NCBI GenBank assembly: GCA_026990035.1
Contig: JALSIM010000015.1
Coordinates: forward strand, 5,132 to 69,131
Origin: Alphaproteobacteria bacterium
GTDB taxonomy: Bacteria > Pseudomonadota > Alphaproteobacteria > Geminicoccales > Geminicoccaceae
Direction: 5' to 3'
Length of the DNA stretch: 64,000 nt
Part shown: positions 8,808 through 19,496 of the stretch, one piece after another
Numbering within the stretch: the first letter of the stretch is position 1
Layout: the number at the start of each line of letters is the position of its first letter
Translations under genes and position numbers: made by a program
Notes under the pieces: generated by a model
The model's database searches: none
What the model was told of the DNA's origin: nothing
The model's input: only the letters and a program-made list of their open reading frames with translations

Positions 8808-9374
8808 ATGGCCACGGTTCTGCCACCGCCGGTCCGGCGGCACCGCTTCAGCCTCGAAGACTATCACCGCATGGTCGAAGCCGGGATCCTCGGCGAAGAG
8901 GATCGGGTGGAGCTGATCGAGGGGGAGTTGGTGGAGATGATACCGATCGGGCCACGGCACGCCGAGACCGTCAGCCGGCTCGTTCGCTTCTTCGTCCGCG
9001 GCACCCCGACGGTCGTCCGGGTTCAGGACCCCGTTTCGCTCCCGCCCGCCTCCGAGCCACAGCCCGATCTGGCCGTCGTTCGCGAGCGCTCCTACCGGGA
9101 CTCGCATCCCGGGCCCGAGGACGTGCTGCTCTTGATCGAAGTCGCCGATACTTCGGCCGGCTACGACCGCGAAGTGAAGATCCCGCTCTATGCCCGGCAC
9201 GGCATCCCGGAGGTGTGGCTGGTGGACCTCCAGAAGGGACGGATCGAGGTCTACCGGGAGCCGGCGCCCGACGGCTATTACCGCGAATGCCGCATCCACA
9301 AGGCCGGCGAGCCGATCCGCCCGCTCCGCCTCCCCGATCTCGCCCTCGATCCGAAGCTCGTGCTGGAGGCCTGA
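8808..9374 (+). CDS. Uma2-family (DUF820) PD-(D/E)xK nuclease-like protein
   Basis: Contains FSLEDYHRMVEAGILGEEDRVELIEGELVEM, then EVADTSAGYDREVKIPLYARHGIPEVWLVD. Confidence 0.75.
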   Translation: MATVLPPPVRRHRFSLEDYHRMVEAGILGEEDRVELIEGELVEMIPIGPRHAETVSRLVRFFVRGTPTVVRVQDPVSLPPASEPQPDLAVVRERSYRDSHPGPEDVLLLIEVADTSAGYDREVKIPLYARHGIPEVWLVDLQKGRIEVYREPAPDGYYRECRIHKAGEPIRPLRLPDLALDPKLVLEA

Positions 9375-9454
9375 GCGGCCCGCTTCCACCGCCGCATGCG
9401 GAGTTCGCGAATTTGCGCTAGACTGTTGCGGTCCCGGAGGATGGAGGGTCGTCG

Positions 9455-10024
9455 ATGGCGGAGCCCGCCGAGAAACTGCCGACCACGGTCGCCGAGTTCC
9501 TGAAGTGGGCGCAGGGGCGCCCGGGCCGTTACGAGCTGGACGACGGCCATGTCGTGGCGATGACGCCGCAACGTGCCATCCACGCTCGCACCAAACACCG
9601 GGTTGCACGCGCGCTGGAGGATGCCGTGGAAGCCGCGGGGCTGCCCTGCGAGGTCTACCCCGACGGCATGACGGTGCGGATCGACCGGAGCACGGCCTTC
9701 GAGCCCGATGCGCTGCTGCGCTGCGGCGAACCGCTCCATGCGGATGCGATCACCGTCGAGGATCCGCTGCTGGTGGTCGAGGTGGTTTCCCCTTCGAACG
9801 AAGCCAGCGATACCGGCCACAAGCTCGCCGGCTATTTCCGGGTTCCCGGCCTCCGCCACTACCTGATCGTCGATCCGCTCGGCCGGGTGGTGATCCATCA
9901 CGAGCGGACCGAGGGTGAGGAGATCCGCACCCGCATTCTCACCAAGGGCATCCTGCGTCTCGCTCCCCCGGGCATCGAGGTCGAGCTCGAAGAGCTCTTC
10001 CCGAAACCGTGCCGCGAGGGCTGA
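9455..10024 (+). CDS. Uma2-family (DUF820) PD-(D/E)xK nuclease-like protein, second diverged copy
   Basis: Contains TVAEFLKWAQGRPGRYELDDGHVVAM, then VEVVSPSNEASDTGHKLAGYFRVPGLRHYLIVDP. Confidence 0.75.
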   Translation: MAEPAEKLPTTVAEFLKWAQGRPGRYELDDGHVVAMTPQRAIHARTKHRVARALEDAVEAAGLPCEVYPDGMTVRIDRSTAFEPDALLRCGEPLHADAITVEDPLLVVEVVSPSNEASDTGHKLAGYFRVPGLRHYLIVDPLGRVVIHHERTEGEEIRTRILTKGILRLAPPGIEVELEELFPKPCREG

Positions 10025-10034
10025 ACGGGAAAAC

Positions 10035-10058
10035 GGCCCGCGGCAGAGGCCGCGGGCC
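10035..10058 (-). terminator. Intrinsic terminator hairpin downstream of clpB, shared with the convergent Uma2 gene
   Basis: Perfect 10-bp stem GGCCCGCGGC-AGAG-GCCGCGGGCC. On the minus strand it is followed by CGTTTTCCC. Confidence 0.6.
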
Positions 10059-10084
10059 GTGGCTCGGGGATACGGAGGCGACGG

Positions 10085-12679
10085 TCAGGCGGCGAGTCGG
10101 ATCTCCTGTCCGTCGATGACGAGGCCGTGCTCGTTGGCATCGACCTTGACGGTATCGCCTTCCTCGATTCTGCCCTCGAGGATCATGGTCGCCAGCGGAT
10201 CCTGCAGATGCCGCTGGATCATCCGCTTGAGGGGCCGCGCACCATAGACCGGATCGTAACCGGCCTTGGCCAGCCAGTCCTTGGCCGCATCGGTGATCTC
10301 GAGGGTGATGCGCCGATCCTCCAGGAGCCGGCGCAGCCGCCGGAGCTGGATCTCGACGATGTCGCGCATCTGCGCCCGCCCGAGCCGGTTGAAGAGGATG
10401 ATCTCGTCCAGCCGGTTCAGGAATTCGGGACGGAAGGTCGCCCGCACCACCTGCATCACCTGCTCGCGCGCCTGGCTCGCCGGGGCCCCTTCGGGCAGTG
10501 CGGCCAGATACTCCGAACCGAGGTTGGAAGTGAGCACGATCAGGGTGTTGCGAAAGTCGACCACATGCCCCTGGCTGTCGGTCAGCCGCCCGTCGTCGAG
10601 CACCTGCAGCAGCACGTTGAAGACGTCGGGATGGGCCTTCTCGACCTCGTCGAAGAGGATCACCTGGTAGGGCCGCCGACGCACCGCCTCGGTCAGTACG
10701 CCGCCCTCCTCGTAGCCCACATAGCCGGGAGGCGCACCGATCAGCCGGGCCACGGAGTGCTTTTCCATGAACTCCGACATGTCGATCCGCAACAGCGCCC
10801 GCTCGTCGTCGAACAGGAACTCGGCCAGCGCCTTGCAGAGCTCGGTCTTGCCGACGCCGGTGGGACCGAGGAACAGGAAGGAGCCCATCGGCCGGTTGGG
10901 ATCCTGGAGCCCGGCCCGGGCCCGCCGCACGGCGTTGGAGACTGCCTGCAGCGCGTCCTCCTGGCCGACCACCCGCTCCCGCAGCTTCTCCTCCATGCGG
11001 AGGAGCTTCTCGCGTTCGCCCTCCATCAGCTTGTCGACCGGGATCCCGGTCCAGCGGGAGACGACCTGGGCGATGTCCTGGGAGGTGACCTCCTCCTGGA
11101 CCATTCGGGTGGCCTGTTCGGCCTCGGCCTCCCGGAGCTTGCGCTCGAGTTCCGGGATGGTGCCGTAGGCCAGCTCACCGGCCTTGGCCAGATCTCCCGA
11201 GCGTTGCGCCTGCTCGAGTTCGATGCGGGCGCGGTCGAGCTGCTCCTTGAGCCGCCGGACCTCCTCGAGCTTGCTCTTTTCGGCCTGCCAGCGGGCGTTC
11301 AGTTCGGCCGCCTGCTGCTCGAGCTCGGAGAGCTCCTTCTCCAGTTTCTCGAGCCGCTGCCGGGAAGCCGGATCGGTCTCCTTCTTGAGGGCCTCGCGCT
11401 CGATCTTGAGCTGGATGATCTTGCGATCGAGCTCGTCGAGCTCTTCGGGTTTGCTGTCGATCTGCATGCGCTTCCTGGCCGCCGCCTCGTCGATCAGATC
11501 GATCGCCTTGTCCGGCAGGAAGCGGTCCGAGATGTAGCGATGCGACAGGGTGGCGGCGGCGACGATGGCGCTGTCGGTAATGCGCACACCGTGATGCAGC
11601 TCGTACTTCTCCTTGAGCCCGCGCAGAATGGAGATGGTGTCCTCCACCGAGGGCTCGGGGACGAAGACCGGCTGGAACCGCCGCGCCAGCGCCTGATCCT
11701 TCTCGATGTACTTCCGGTATTCGTCGAGGGTGGTGGCGCCGATGCAGTGCAGCTCGCCGCGGGCCAGCGCCGGCTTGAGCATGTTGGAGGCGTCGATCGC
11801 ACCTTCCGCCTTGCCGGCTCCGACCAGGGTGTGGAGCTCGTCGATGAAGAGGATGATCTCGCCCTCCGAGGCGGTCACCTCTTGGAGGAGGGCCTTGAGG
11901 CGCTCCTCGAACTCGCCGCGGTACTTGGCACCGGCCAGCATGGCCCCGAGATCGAGCGCCAGGATCCGCCGATCCCGGAGACCCTCCGGCACATCGCCAT
12001 TGACGATGCGCTGGGCCAGACCCTCGACGATGGCCGTCTTGCCGACGCCGGGATCGCCGATCAGCACCGGATTGTTCTTGGTGCGCCGCGACAGCACCTG
12101 GATGACCCGGCGAATCTCCTCGTCCCGCCCGATCACCGGATCGAGCTTGCCTTCCCGCGCCTGGGCGGTGAGATCGCGGGTGTACTTCTCGAGCGCCCCG
12201 TAGCCTTCCTCGGCGGTGGCGCTCTGTGCGGTCCGCCCCTTGCGGATCTTGTCGATGGCGGCATTGAGCGCCTGCGGCGTCACACCGGCATCCTCGAGCG
12301 CCTTCGCGGCGTCGGTCGCCGACATCGCGATCGCCAGCAGCAGACGTTCGACGGTGACGTAGGAATCGCCCGCCTTCTTGGCGATCTCCGAGGCCCGTTC
12401 GAACAGTCGCGCGGTCTCCGGCGCCAGGTAGAGCTGGCCGGCACCGGCTCCTTCCACCTTCGGCTGCTTCTTCAGGAGCAGCTCGACATTGGCCAGCGCC
12501 AGCTTGGGATCACCACCGGCCTCGCGGATCAGCCGGGCGCAGAGCCCTTCCGGATCGTCCAGCAGAACTTTCAGAATATGTTCCGGCAGAAACCGCTGGT
12601 GGCCCTCGCGCAGCGCGAGCTGCTGTGCCGACTGGAGAAACCCTCGCGCGCGCTCGGTGTAGTTCTCGAAATCCATCAT
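10085..12679 (-). CDS. clpB: ATP-dependent chaperone ClpB
   Basis: Starts [19 protein letters not shown]. It has two AAA+ modules (GDPGVGKT and GPTGVGKT) and a long coiled-coil middle domain. RBS AAGGGGGA. Confidence 0.95.
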   Translation of the reverse strand: MMDFENYTERARGFLQSAQQLALREGHQRFLPEHILKVLLDDPEGLCARLIREAGGDPKLALANVELLLKKQPKVEGAGAGQLYLAPETARLFERASEIAKKAGDSYVTVERLLLAIAMSATDAAKALEDAGVTPQALNAAIDKIRKGRTAQSATAEEGYGALEKYTRDLTAQAREGKLDPVIGRDEEIRRVIQVLSRRTKNNPVLIGDPGVGKTAIVEGLAQRIVNGDVPEGLRDRRILALDLGAMLAGAKYRGEFEERLKALLQEVTASEGEIILFIDELHTLVGAGKAEGAIDASNMLKPALARGELHCIGATTLDEYRKYIEKDQALARRFQPVFVPEPSVEDTISILRGLKEKYELHHGVRITDSAIVAAATLSHRYISDRFLPDKAIDLIDEAAARKRMQIDSKPEELDELDRKIIQLKIEREALKKETDPASRQRLEKLEKELSELEQQAAELNARWQAEKSKLEEVRRLKEQLDRARIELEQAQRSGDLAKAGELAYGTIPELERKLREAEAEQATRMVQEEVTSQDIAQVVSRWTGIPVDKLMEGEREKLLRMEEKLRERVVGQEDALQAVSNAVRRARAGLQDPNRPMGSFLFLGPTGVGKTELCKALAEFLFDDERALLRIDMSEFMEKHSVARLIGAPPGYVGYEEGGVLTEAVRRRPYQVILFDEVEKAHPDVFNVLLQVLDDGRLTDSQGHVVDFRNTLIVLTSNLGSEYLAALPEGAPASQAREQVMQVVRATFRPEFLNRLDEIILFNRLGRAQMRDIVEIQLRRLRRLLEDRRITLEITDAAKDWLAKAGYDPVYGARPLKRMIQRHLQDPLATMILEGRIEEGDTVKVDANEHGLVIDGQEIRLAA

Positions 12680-12754
12680 GTCCCCCTTTCTTCGTGTCCC
12701 TCGTGCGAGCAGACCCTGGTGTACGGCCCCCTCGGGCACCGCACACCCTCCGCC

Positions 12755-12785
12755 TATGATGTGGTGGCGGGGTGCCCGTCTACAA
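12755..12785 (-). promoter_or_regulatory. Possible sigma-32 (RpoH)-type promoter for clpB
   Basis: The minus strand reads TTGTAG-N15-CCACATCATA, about 70 nt upstream of the clpB ATG. This is a loose match to CTTGAA-N16/17-CCCCATNT. Confidence 0.25.
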
Positions 12786-12814
12786 CCCCGGATCCGGAGA
12801 AAAGGCGAAGAAAT

Positions 12815-13693
12815 TCAGCGGGAAAAAGGGTTTGGCTCGCAACCCGCGACAGGCGCGACGGCAAGGTTGTCGATCAGCCGCGTGGCGCCCAGACGGGCGG
12901 CGGCGAGCAGGCGGGCGGGGCATGTGCCGACAGCCTCGAGCGGCTCCAGGCTTTCGGCATCACGCATCTCCAGATAGTCGACCGCGGTGAAGCCGGCCGC
13001 GAGCAGGCGTGCCCGCGCCGCCGCCAGCAGCGGTGCCGCCGGTCGGCCGTCGGCCAGCGCCTCGGCGGTATCCCGCAGGACACGATGGAGCTCGGGCGCA
13101 ACGCGCCGCTCCTCCGGCGAGAGATAGGCGTTGCGCGAGGACATCGCCAGCCCGTCGGGTTCGCGCACGGTGGGGTGCCCGACGATCTCCACCGGCATGT
13201 CCAGATCCCGCACCATCCGGCGAACCACCAGAAGCTGCTGGTAGTCCTTCTCGCCGAAGATGGCGAGATCGGGCTGCACCCGGTTGAACAGCTTGGCGAC
13301 CACCGTGGCCACACCGCGGAAGAAATGTGGCCTGGCCTCGGCACAGAGCCCGCGGGCGGGCCCCTCGACCACCACCCAGGTGGCGTGGTCGGCCGCGTAC
13401 ATGGCACCGATGTCGGGCAGGTAGGCGAGATCGACGCCGAGTGCCTCGAGACGTGTCAGATCACCGGCCTCGTCCCGCGGATAGCGCTCGAAATCCTCGC
13501 CCGGGGCGAACTGGGCCGGGTTGACGAAAATCGACACCACCAGACGCCCGGCGATCTCCCGCCCGTGACGCACCAGCGCCAGATGCCCCTCGTGCAGGGC
13601 GCCCATGGTCGGCACCAGGGCGACCTTCGCCCCGGCGCGACGCCAGCCGCCGAGGATGCGGCGCAGCACCGCCGTCTCCCGCACCACCTCCAT
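12815..13693 (-). CDS. panC: Pantoate--beta-alanine ligase
   Basis: Contains VALVPTMGALHEGHLALV and FVNPAQF motifs. Confidence 0.9.
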   Translation of the reverse strand: MEVVRETAVLRRILGGWRRAGAKVALVPTMGALHEGHLALVRHGREIAGRLVVSIFVNPAQFAPGEDFERYPRDEAGDLTRLEALGVDLAYLPDIGAMYAADHATWVVVEGPARGLCAEARPHFFRGVATVVAKLFNRVQPDLAIFGEKDYQQLLVVRRMVRDLDMPVEIVGHPTVREPDGLAMSSRNAYLSPEERRVAPELHRVLRDTAEALADGRPAAPLLAAARARLLAAGFTAVDYLEMRDAESLEPLEAVGTCPARLLAAARLGATRLIDNLAVAPVAGCEPNPFSR

Positions 13694-13709
13694 GGGAGGA
13701 ATCTCCCCC

Positions 13710-14636
13710 TCACGCGCTCACCGCCGCGTAGGCCTCGGGATCGTACAGGTAACCCGCGGTTTCGAGATCGCGGAGCAGCGTCTCGCCGGCGCCGGCGGCG
13801 AGCTCCACCAGCGGCGGCCGCACATGGCGCCACACCGGATCCCGCGCGCCGGTGGCGATCACATGCTTGATCGCCGGAATCATCGGATGGCGGCCGAGGA
13901 CGGTGCGTACCGCGGCCACGCATTTCATGGCCCGCTCGGCGGCCGCGGCGTCGCCCCGGGTCACACCGTCGAAGACGTCGCGGCTGGAAGCGCAGGCGAG
14001 ATTGGCGCCGGCCGAGATGGTTCCGGCTCCGCCGGCCTCGAGGTTGCGCAGCAGATGCATGTCCGAGCCCGAGAACACCGCAAAGCCGGGGTATGCCGCG
14101 ATCAGCTCCCGTGTATGTTCCCAGTCCCCCGAACTGTCCTTGATGCCCCGGACGATACCGGGAAAACGTCCGAGCAGCCGTTCGATCACCGGCCGGGTGA
14201 TCGGCACCATGCTCATCCGCGGGAAATGGTAGAGCAGAAGTCGGAGCCGATCGCTGCCGAGCCCCTCGATCAGCTCCGCGAAAGCCCTGAACACGCCCTC
14301 TTCCGGCACCTCCTTGAAGTAGAAGGGAGGCAGCATCAGCATCCGCTCGACGCCGTGTTCGAGACCGTGGCGGGCGAGTGCGAGGGTATCGCCCCGGGCG
14401 CAGCAGCCGATGCCCAGGATCAGCCGCTCCGGCGCCACCCCGTGGCGGAGCAGGGCTTCGAGCGCGGCCTGTCGCTCCGCCACCGAGAAGGAAGGCGCCT
14501 CGCCGGTGGTCCCGAACAGCGCCACGCCGTGACAGCCGTGATGGAACAACCAGCGAAGATGGGCGGCGAGGCGGACGTGACTGATCTCGCCATCTTCGTC
14601 CACCGGTGTCACGCTGGCCGCGAAAATGCCCTTCAT
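13710..14636 (-). CDS. Dihydrodipicolinate synthase-family (class I aldolase) protein
   Basis: Contains GTTGEAPSFS and the GIKDSSGD lysine motif. Confidence 0.8.
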   Translation of the reverse strand: MKGIFAASVTPVDEDGEISHVRLAAHLRWLFHHGCHGVALFGTTGEAPSFSVAERQAALEALLRHGVAPERLILGIGCCARGDTLALARHGLEHGVERMLMLPPFYFKEVPEEGVFRAFAELIEGLGSDRLRLLLYHFPRMSMVPITRPVIERLLGRFPGIVRGIKDSSGDWEHTRELIAAYPGFAVFSGSDMHLLRNLEAGGAGTISAGANLACASSRDVFDGVTRGDAAAAERAMKCVAAVRTVLGRHPMIPAIKHVIATGARDPVWRHVRPPLVELAAGAGETLLRDLETAGYLYDPEAYAAVSA

Positions 14637-14706
14637 CGGACGACCCTCCGAAATCTCCCCCGGTCCCTTCCCCTAGCGCCGAACGTCGAGCGTTCCAAGC
14701 CTCCGA

Positions 14707-15450
14707 TCAGCGCAGCACCGTTTCCTGGAAGGCGATCATCGCGATCGCCGAGACGGTCACCGTGAGCACGACCGCGCTACGGCCGAGCTCGGTCCGGGCT
14801 TCGGGCAGCAGCTCGACCAGGGTCATCCAGAGCATGGCCCCGGCGGCGAGCCCGAAGCCGACCGGCAGGAACGGTGCGAAGGCGGTGACGAAGAGATAGG
14901 CCGGAACGGCCATCAGCGGCTGTGGCAGGCTCGAGAAGACGCTCCAGCCAGCGGCGGTCCAGGGAGAAACGCCGCGTGGCACCAGCACCAGGCTGATGGC
15001 CAGCCCTTCGGGGATGTTGTGTACGGCGATCGCCGCCGAGATGAAGACCCCGAGTCCTTCGCCACCGCCGAAGGAGACCCCGACCCCGAGTCCCTCGGTG
15101 AAGGAATGGAGGGTCATCACACCGACGATCAGGAGTGCCTTCCGCGCATCGGCGCCGCGCAGCGCGCCGAGTTCCAATTCCCCGTGACGGTGCATGAAAC
15201 GATGGCCGAAGCGCATCGCCACATAGCCCAGCGCCAGACCGATCGCGATCCGCCATTGGCTTTCCTGGGCCCCCTCGACGATCAGGGTGAGGCTGGCGGC
15301 GATCATCAGACCGGCGGCGAAGGCGTTGGAAATGCCGAGCCAGCGCCGGCTCATCCGTGGCACGAAGAGGAACGGGAGGGCACCGAGGCCGGTCGCGAGG
15401 GCGGTGATCAGGGCGGCCGCGAAGACGATCCCGAGATGCGCCCAGTCCAC
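14707..15450 (-). CDS. ZIP-family divalent metal transporter (ZupT-like)
   Basis: A polytopic membrane protein with HSFTEGLGVG and HNIPEGLA motifs. Confidence 0.8.
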   Translation of the reverse strand: MDWAHLGIVFAAALITALATGLGALPFLFVPRMSRRWLGISNAFAAGLMIAASLTLIVEGAQESQWRIAIGLALGYVAMRFGHRFMHRHGELELGALRGADARKALLIVGVMTLHSFTEGLGVGVSFGGGEGLGVFISAAIAVHNIPEGLAISLVLVPRGVSPWTAAGWSVFSSLPQPLMAVPAYLFVTAFAPFLPVGFGLAAGAMLWMTLVELLPEARTELGRSAVVLTVTVSAIAMIAFQETVLR

Positions 15451-15503
15451 GCGACGGTCCCGTCAGATACGGTCGGCGATGCCGCGGATGCCGGGCCGCC
15501 GGA

Positions 15504-16565
15504 TCACGGGACGAGGACCTGCCGTCCCTCGACCCGTCCCGCCGCCAGGTCCTCGAGCGCCGCGTTGGCTTCTTCGAGGGGGCGCAGGGTGACGGGAATC
15601 GGGGGCACCCGGCCCTGCCGGGCCAGCCGGATCACGGTACGCAGATCGTCGAGGGTCCCCACATAGGAGCCGCAGAGGGTGAGGGCCCGGAGCGGCAGCC
15701 AGGGAACCGGCAAGGGAAAGCGCCCGCCGTAGAGCCCCACCACCACCAGCCGGCCGCCCTTGGGCACCAGACAGGACAGCCCGAAGCGCAGGGTCTCGGG
15801 CCGGCCGACGAAGTCGATCGCCGCCCAGACACCTCCCCCGGACCATTGCCGCACCGCCTCCGCGGCCCCGGCATCCGCCGGATCGAAGACCGCCGCGGCC
15901 CCGGCCGCGAGGGCCGTTTCCCGCTTGCCGGCGTCGATGTCGGCCACCGCCACCGGCCCGGGAACACGCGAGGGGGCCAGCGCCAGGGCGTTCATGCCGA
16001 CGCCGCCGGCCCCGATCAGCAGCAAGGCCTGATCGTCACGCCGGATTCCGGTCTTGCCCAGCGCCCCCCATGCGGTCACCCCGGAGCAGGCGTAGGTGCA
16101 GGCGAGCTCCCGCGGCAGCCCGTCGAACGGCACGAGATAGCGCGGATGAGGCACGATGATGTGATCGGCGTAGCCACCGCCTTCATAGGCGCCGAGGAAC
16201 CGCGGTGTCGGACAGAGATTCTCCTCCCCTCTCGCACAGACGGCACAGCGGCCGCAGCCGATCCAGGGGAACACCACGTATTCCCCGCCGACCTCCACGC
16301 CCGTATCGGCCGCTTCCGGTCCGAGGGCCACCACCTCGCCGGCGATTTCGTGTCCGGGCGTGAAGGGAAGCCGGGTGCCGCGCTCCTCGAGGATCAGCTT
16401 CTCCCCGTCACCGAGGTCGAAATAGCCCTGATGGATGTGAAGATCGGAGTGGCAGACCCCGCAGACGGTGACCCGCACCAGGACCTCGCTGCCCTCGGGC
16501 GTCGGTGTCGGATATTCGCGCATCTGGAGGGGCTGTCCCCAGGCGACGACCTCGCAACGGCGCAT
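15504..16565 (-). CDS. Zinc-dependent alcohol dehydrogenase-family oxidoreductase
   Basis: Contains GVCHSDLH, a structural Zn Cys cluster (CGRCAVCARGEENLC) and a GAGGVG Rossmann motif. The start is at MRRCEVV with RBS GGGGGAGA. Confidence 0.85.
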   Translation of the reverse strand: MRRCEVVAWGQPLQMREYPTPTPEGSEVLVRVTVCGVCHSDLHIHQGYFDLGDGEKLILEERGTRLPFTPGHEIAGEVVALGPEAADTGVEVGGEYVVFPWIGCGRCAVCARGEENLCPTPRFLGAYEGGGYADHIIVPHPRYLVPFDGLPRELACTYACSGVTAWGALGKTGIRRDDQALLLIGAGGVGMNALALAPSRVPGPVAVADIDAGKRETALAAGAAAVFDPADAGAAEAVRQWSGGGVWAAIDFVGRPETLRFGLSCLVPKGGRLVVVGLYGGRFPLPVPWLPLRALTLCGSYVGTLDDLRTVIRLARQGRVPPIPVTLRPLEEANAALEDLAAGRVEGRQVLVP

Positions 16566-16659
16566 GAACTGTCTCCCCCGGATCGGTACGGTCACTGTAG
16601 CCCCCTCCCCGGCGGTTGGGGAGAGGGTGTCACTGCTCCTCGAATGCGATAGAGTCGCG

Positions 16660-17298
16660 ATGAACGGAGGAGGGCACGCCGTGCGTTTCCCCATCGGACT
16701 GCTGGTTCTCTGGTGGATCGGCCTCCTGCCGGCGGTGCACGAGCCGGCGCCACCCGACCGGCTCGAAGGAATCCAGCGCTCGGTCGCCGGCATGCTGCTG
16801 GTGGCCAGCGAAAAACTGGCCGATCCCAACTTCGATCACACGGTGGTCTTCATGGTGGTGCACGACCGGGAAGGGGCGCTCGGACTGGTGATCAACCGGC
16901 GTTACGGTCGGGTGCCGGCCCGGGAGCTCCTGGAACGGCTCGGCCTTCCCGCCGAGGAGGCGGAAGGAGAGATCGAGCTCGCCTATGGCGGTCCCGTCGA
17001 TCCCGGCACGGGATTCGTCGTCCACACACCCGACTATCGCCTCGAGGACACCCTGCTCGTCACCCCCGGAATCGCGGTTACCAACGACACCCGGGTCATG
17101 GCCGACATCGCCCGTGGCAAGGGGCCGGCACGGTACATCGCCACCCTGGGCTATGCGGGCTGGGCGGCGGGCCAGCTCGACGCCGAGATCGCCCGCGGCG
17201 ACTGGTATCTGGTGGAAGCGGATCCCGCCCTGCTGTTCGAGACCCCGGTCGCCGAACGCTGGGAGCGCGCGCGGGAACGCTCCGGCATCGATCTCTGA
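16660..17298 (+). CDS. YqgE/AlgH-family protein (UPF0301)
   Basis: Contains LADPNFDHTVVFMVVHDREGALGLVINR and GYAGWAAGQLDAEI. Confidence 0.8.
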   Translation: MNGGGHAVRFPIGLLVLWWIGLLPAVHEPAPPDRLEGIQRSVAGMLLVASEKLADPNFDHTVVFMVVHDREGALGLVINRRYGRVPARELLERLGLPAEEAEGEIELAYGGPVDPGTGFVVHTPDYRLEDTLLVTPGIAVTNDTRVMADIARGKGPARYIATLGYAGWAAGQLDAEIARGDWYLVEADPALLFETPVAERWERARERSGIDL

Positions 17299-17385
17299 AC
17301 TTCGCCCGCTGGCGCGGTCCGTGCGCGCTGGCGCCGCGGTGACGAGCCGCTAGACTGCGCCCGGATCCCGACCGGAGACGAGACC

Positions 17386-17988
17386 ATGCCCGACCTCGAC
17401 GAACTCCACCGCGAGAAGAAGGCCCGGATCAAGGCCGCCAAGGATCGGCTCTACGGTTCCAAGACCCGCGAAAAGGGGCTGGTGATCGTCCATACCGGCA
17501 CCGGCAAGGGGAAGAGCACGGCGGCCTGGGGGCTGGTGATGCGGACCCTCGGTCACGGCCGCAAGGTGGGCATCGTGCAGTTCGTCAAGGGCCGCCGGGA
17601 AACCGGCGAGCGTCGCTTTCTGGAACGCTTTTCCGAGCTGGTGGAAATCCGGGTGATGGGTCAGGGCTTCACCTGGGAAACCCAGGACCGGGCCCGGGAC
17701 ATCGCGGCGGCGCGGGCGGCGCTGGCCGAAGCCGAGCGCATGCTCCGGGATCCCGAGCTCCATCTCGTGGTGCTCGACGAGCTCAACATCGTGCTGCGCT
17801 ACGACTATGTGCCGCTGACCGAGGTGCTGACCATGCTGGAGAACAAGCGGCCCGATCTGCATGTGGTGATCACCGGCCGCAACGCCCCGCGGGAGCTGGT
17901 CGAGGCGGCCGATCTCGTGACCGAGATGCGGCTCGTCAAGCATCCCTTCCGGGAAGGGGTGAAGGCCCAGATCGGCATCGAGTACTGA
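17386..17988 (+). CDS. cobO: Cob(I)yrinic acid a,c-diamide adenosyltransferase
   Basis: Contains [32 protein letters not shown]. Confidence 0.9.
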   Translation: MPDLDELHREKKARIKAAKDRLYGSKTREKGLVIVHTGTGKGKSTAAWGLVMRTLGHGRKVGIVQFVKGRRETGERRFLERFSELVEIRVMGQGFTWETQDRARDIAAARAALAEAERMLRDPELHLVVLDELNIVLRYDYVPLTEVLTMLENKRPDLHVVITGRNAPRELVEAADLVTEMRLVKHPFREGVKAQIGIEY

Positions 17989-18005
17989 GGCGCCCGGCTG
18001 CCGCC

Positions 18006-19496
18006 ATGCCATCCCGGGTTCCGGCCCTGATGGTGCAGGCGACGAACTCGGACGCCGGGAAATCGCTGCTGGTAACGGGCCTCTGTCGTGCCTTTTCGCG
18101 CCGCGGGCTGAGGGTCCGTCCCTTCAAGCCGCAGAACATGAGCAACAATGCGGCAGTCGCCGAAGGCGGCGAGATCGGCCGCGCCCAGGCCCTGCAGGCC
18201 CGGGCCTGCGGGGTACCGCCGAGCGTCCACATGAACCCGATCCTGCTCAAGCCCGAGGGCCAGGGGCGGTCGCAGCTCGTGGTCCGGGGACGCGCGCGGG
18301 GGAGCGTCACCGCGGCCGAATACTACCGCATGAAAGCGGAACTGCTGCCCTGCGCGCTGGACAGCTTCGCCCGCCTCGCCGCCGAGAGCGATCTCCTGCT
18401 GGTGGAAGGGGCGGGCAGCGCATCCGAGATCAATCTCCGCGATGCCGATCTCGCCAACATGGGGTTCGCACGGGCTGCCGACCTTCCGGTCCTTTTGGTC
18501 GGCGATATCGACCGCGGCGGCGTGATCGCGTCCCTCGTCGGCACGGTGGCGGTGCTGGAGCCCGCCGAGCGGGCCCGGCTCCGCGGTTTTCTGATCAACA
18601 AGCTGCGCGGCGATCCCGCCCTGTTCACCCCCGTCCTGCCGCTGCTCGAGGCGCGCACCGGGCTCTCCTGTCTCGGAATCGTCCCCTGGTTCGACGCCGC
18701 GCATCTCCTGCCGGCGGAGGACAGCCTCGGTCTCGACAGCCGGGCGAACCGCCGTGCCGGCGCTTCGGTTCGGATCGCCGTCCCGCGCCTGCCGCGACTC
18801 GCCAATTTCGACGATCTCGATCCGCTTTCCCAGGAGCCGGCGGTGGAAATGCGTCTCACGGCCCTCGAAGAGCCGCTGGCGACCGATACCGATATCGTCC
18901 TTCTGCCCGGCAGCAAGACCACCATCGGCGATCTCCTGGCGCTGCGCGAAAGCGGTTTCGAGGCCGATATCCGTGCCCACCACCGGAGAGGGGGATGGGT
19001 GGTGGGGCTGTGCGGCGGTTTCCAGATGCTGGGCAGGTCGGTCGCCGATCCCGAGGGTCTCGAGGGCGAACCGCGGCGCGTCCCCGGTCTCGCGCTCCTC
19101 GATGTCGAGACGGTGCTCGAGCGGGGCAAGACGGTGCGCCTCGCCCGCGGCCTGGAGCTGACCACCGGCGAAGCGGTGACGGGCTACGAAATCCATCTCG
19201 GCCGTACCACCGGCCCCGGCACCGAGCGGCCGTGGCTGCGCCTCGAGACCGGACCCGACGGGGCGGTATCGGCCGACGGCCGCGTCCTCGGCTGCTATCT
19301 GCACGGGCTGTTCGCCAGCGACGGATTCCGCCGCCGGTTCCTGGAACGGTTCACCAGCGGCGGCTTGCCCGCCCTGGCTTACGAGGCCCGGGTGGAGCGG
19401 ACTCTCGACGCCCTCGCCGATCATCTGGAGACGGCGCTCGATCTCGATCGGATCCTCGGGGTCGCTCTCACACGAACGGAAGCAGCACGAACGTGA
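18006..19496 (+). CDS. cobQ: Cobyric acid synthase
   Basis: 496 aa with an N-terminal CobQ/CobB ATPase domain ([12 protein letters not shown]) and a C-terminal GATase domain ([10 protein letters not shown]). Confidence 0.9.
   Translation: MPSRVPALMVQATNSDAGKSLLVTGLCRAFSRRGLRVRPFKPQNMSNNAAVAEGGEIGRAQALQARACGVPPSVHMNPILLKPEGQGRSQLVVRGRARGSVTAAEYYRMKAELLPCALDSFARLAAESDLLLVEGAGSASEINLRDADLANMGFARAADLPVLLVGDIDRGGVIASLVGTVAVLEPAERARLRGFLINKLRGDPALFTPVLPLLEARTGLSCLGIVPWFDAAHLLPAEDSLGLDSRANRRAGASVRIAVPRLPRLANFDDLDPLSQEPAVEMRLTALEEPLATDTDIVLLPGSKTTIGDLLALRESGFEADIRAHHRRGGWVVGLCGGFQMLGRSVADPEGLEGEPRRVPGLALLDVETVLERGKTVRLARGLELTTGEAVTGYEIHLGRTTGPGTERPWLRLETGPDGAVSADGRVLGCYLHGLFASDGFRRRFLERFTSGGLPALAYEARVERTLDALADHLETALDLDRILGVALTRTEAART

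Noticed and set aside
10127-13870. A 1247-aa plus-strand ORF spanning the clpB and panC region. Many other long ORFs are of the same kind (for example 4725-6716, 24012-25649, 17805-19619, 21599-23305, 53387-55921, 60168-62168).
   Set aside because: - They lie antisense to, or out of frame with, genes that have unmistakable family motifs.
- Their translations are Arg/Gly/Pro/Ala-rich low-complexity sequence, as expected for non-coding frames in ~70% GC DNA.
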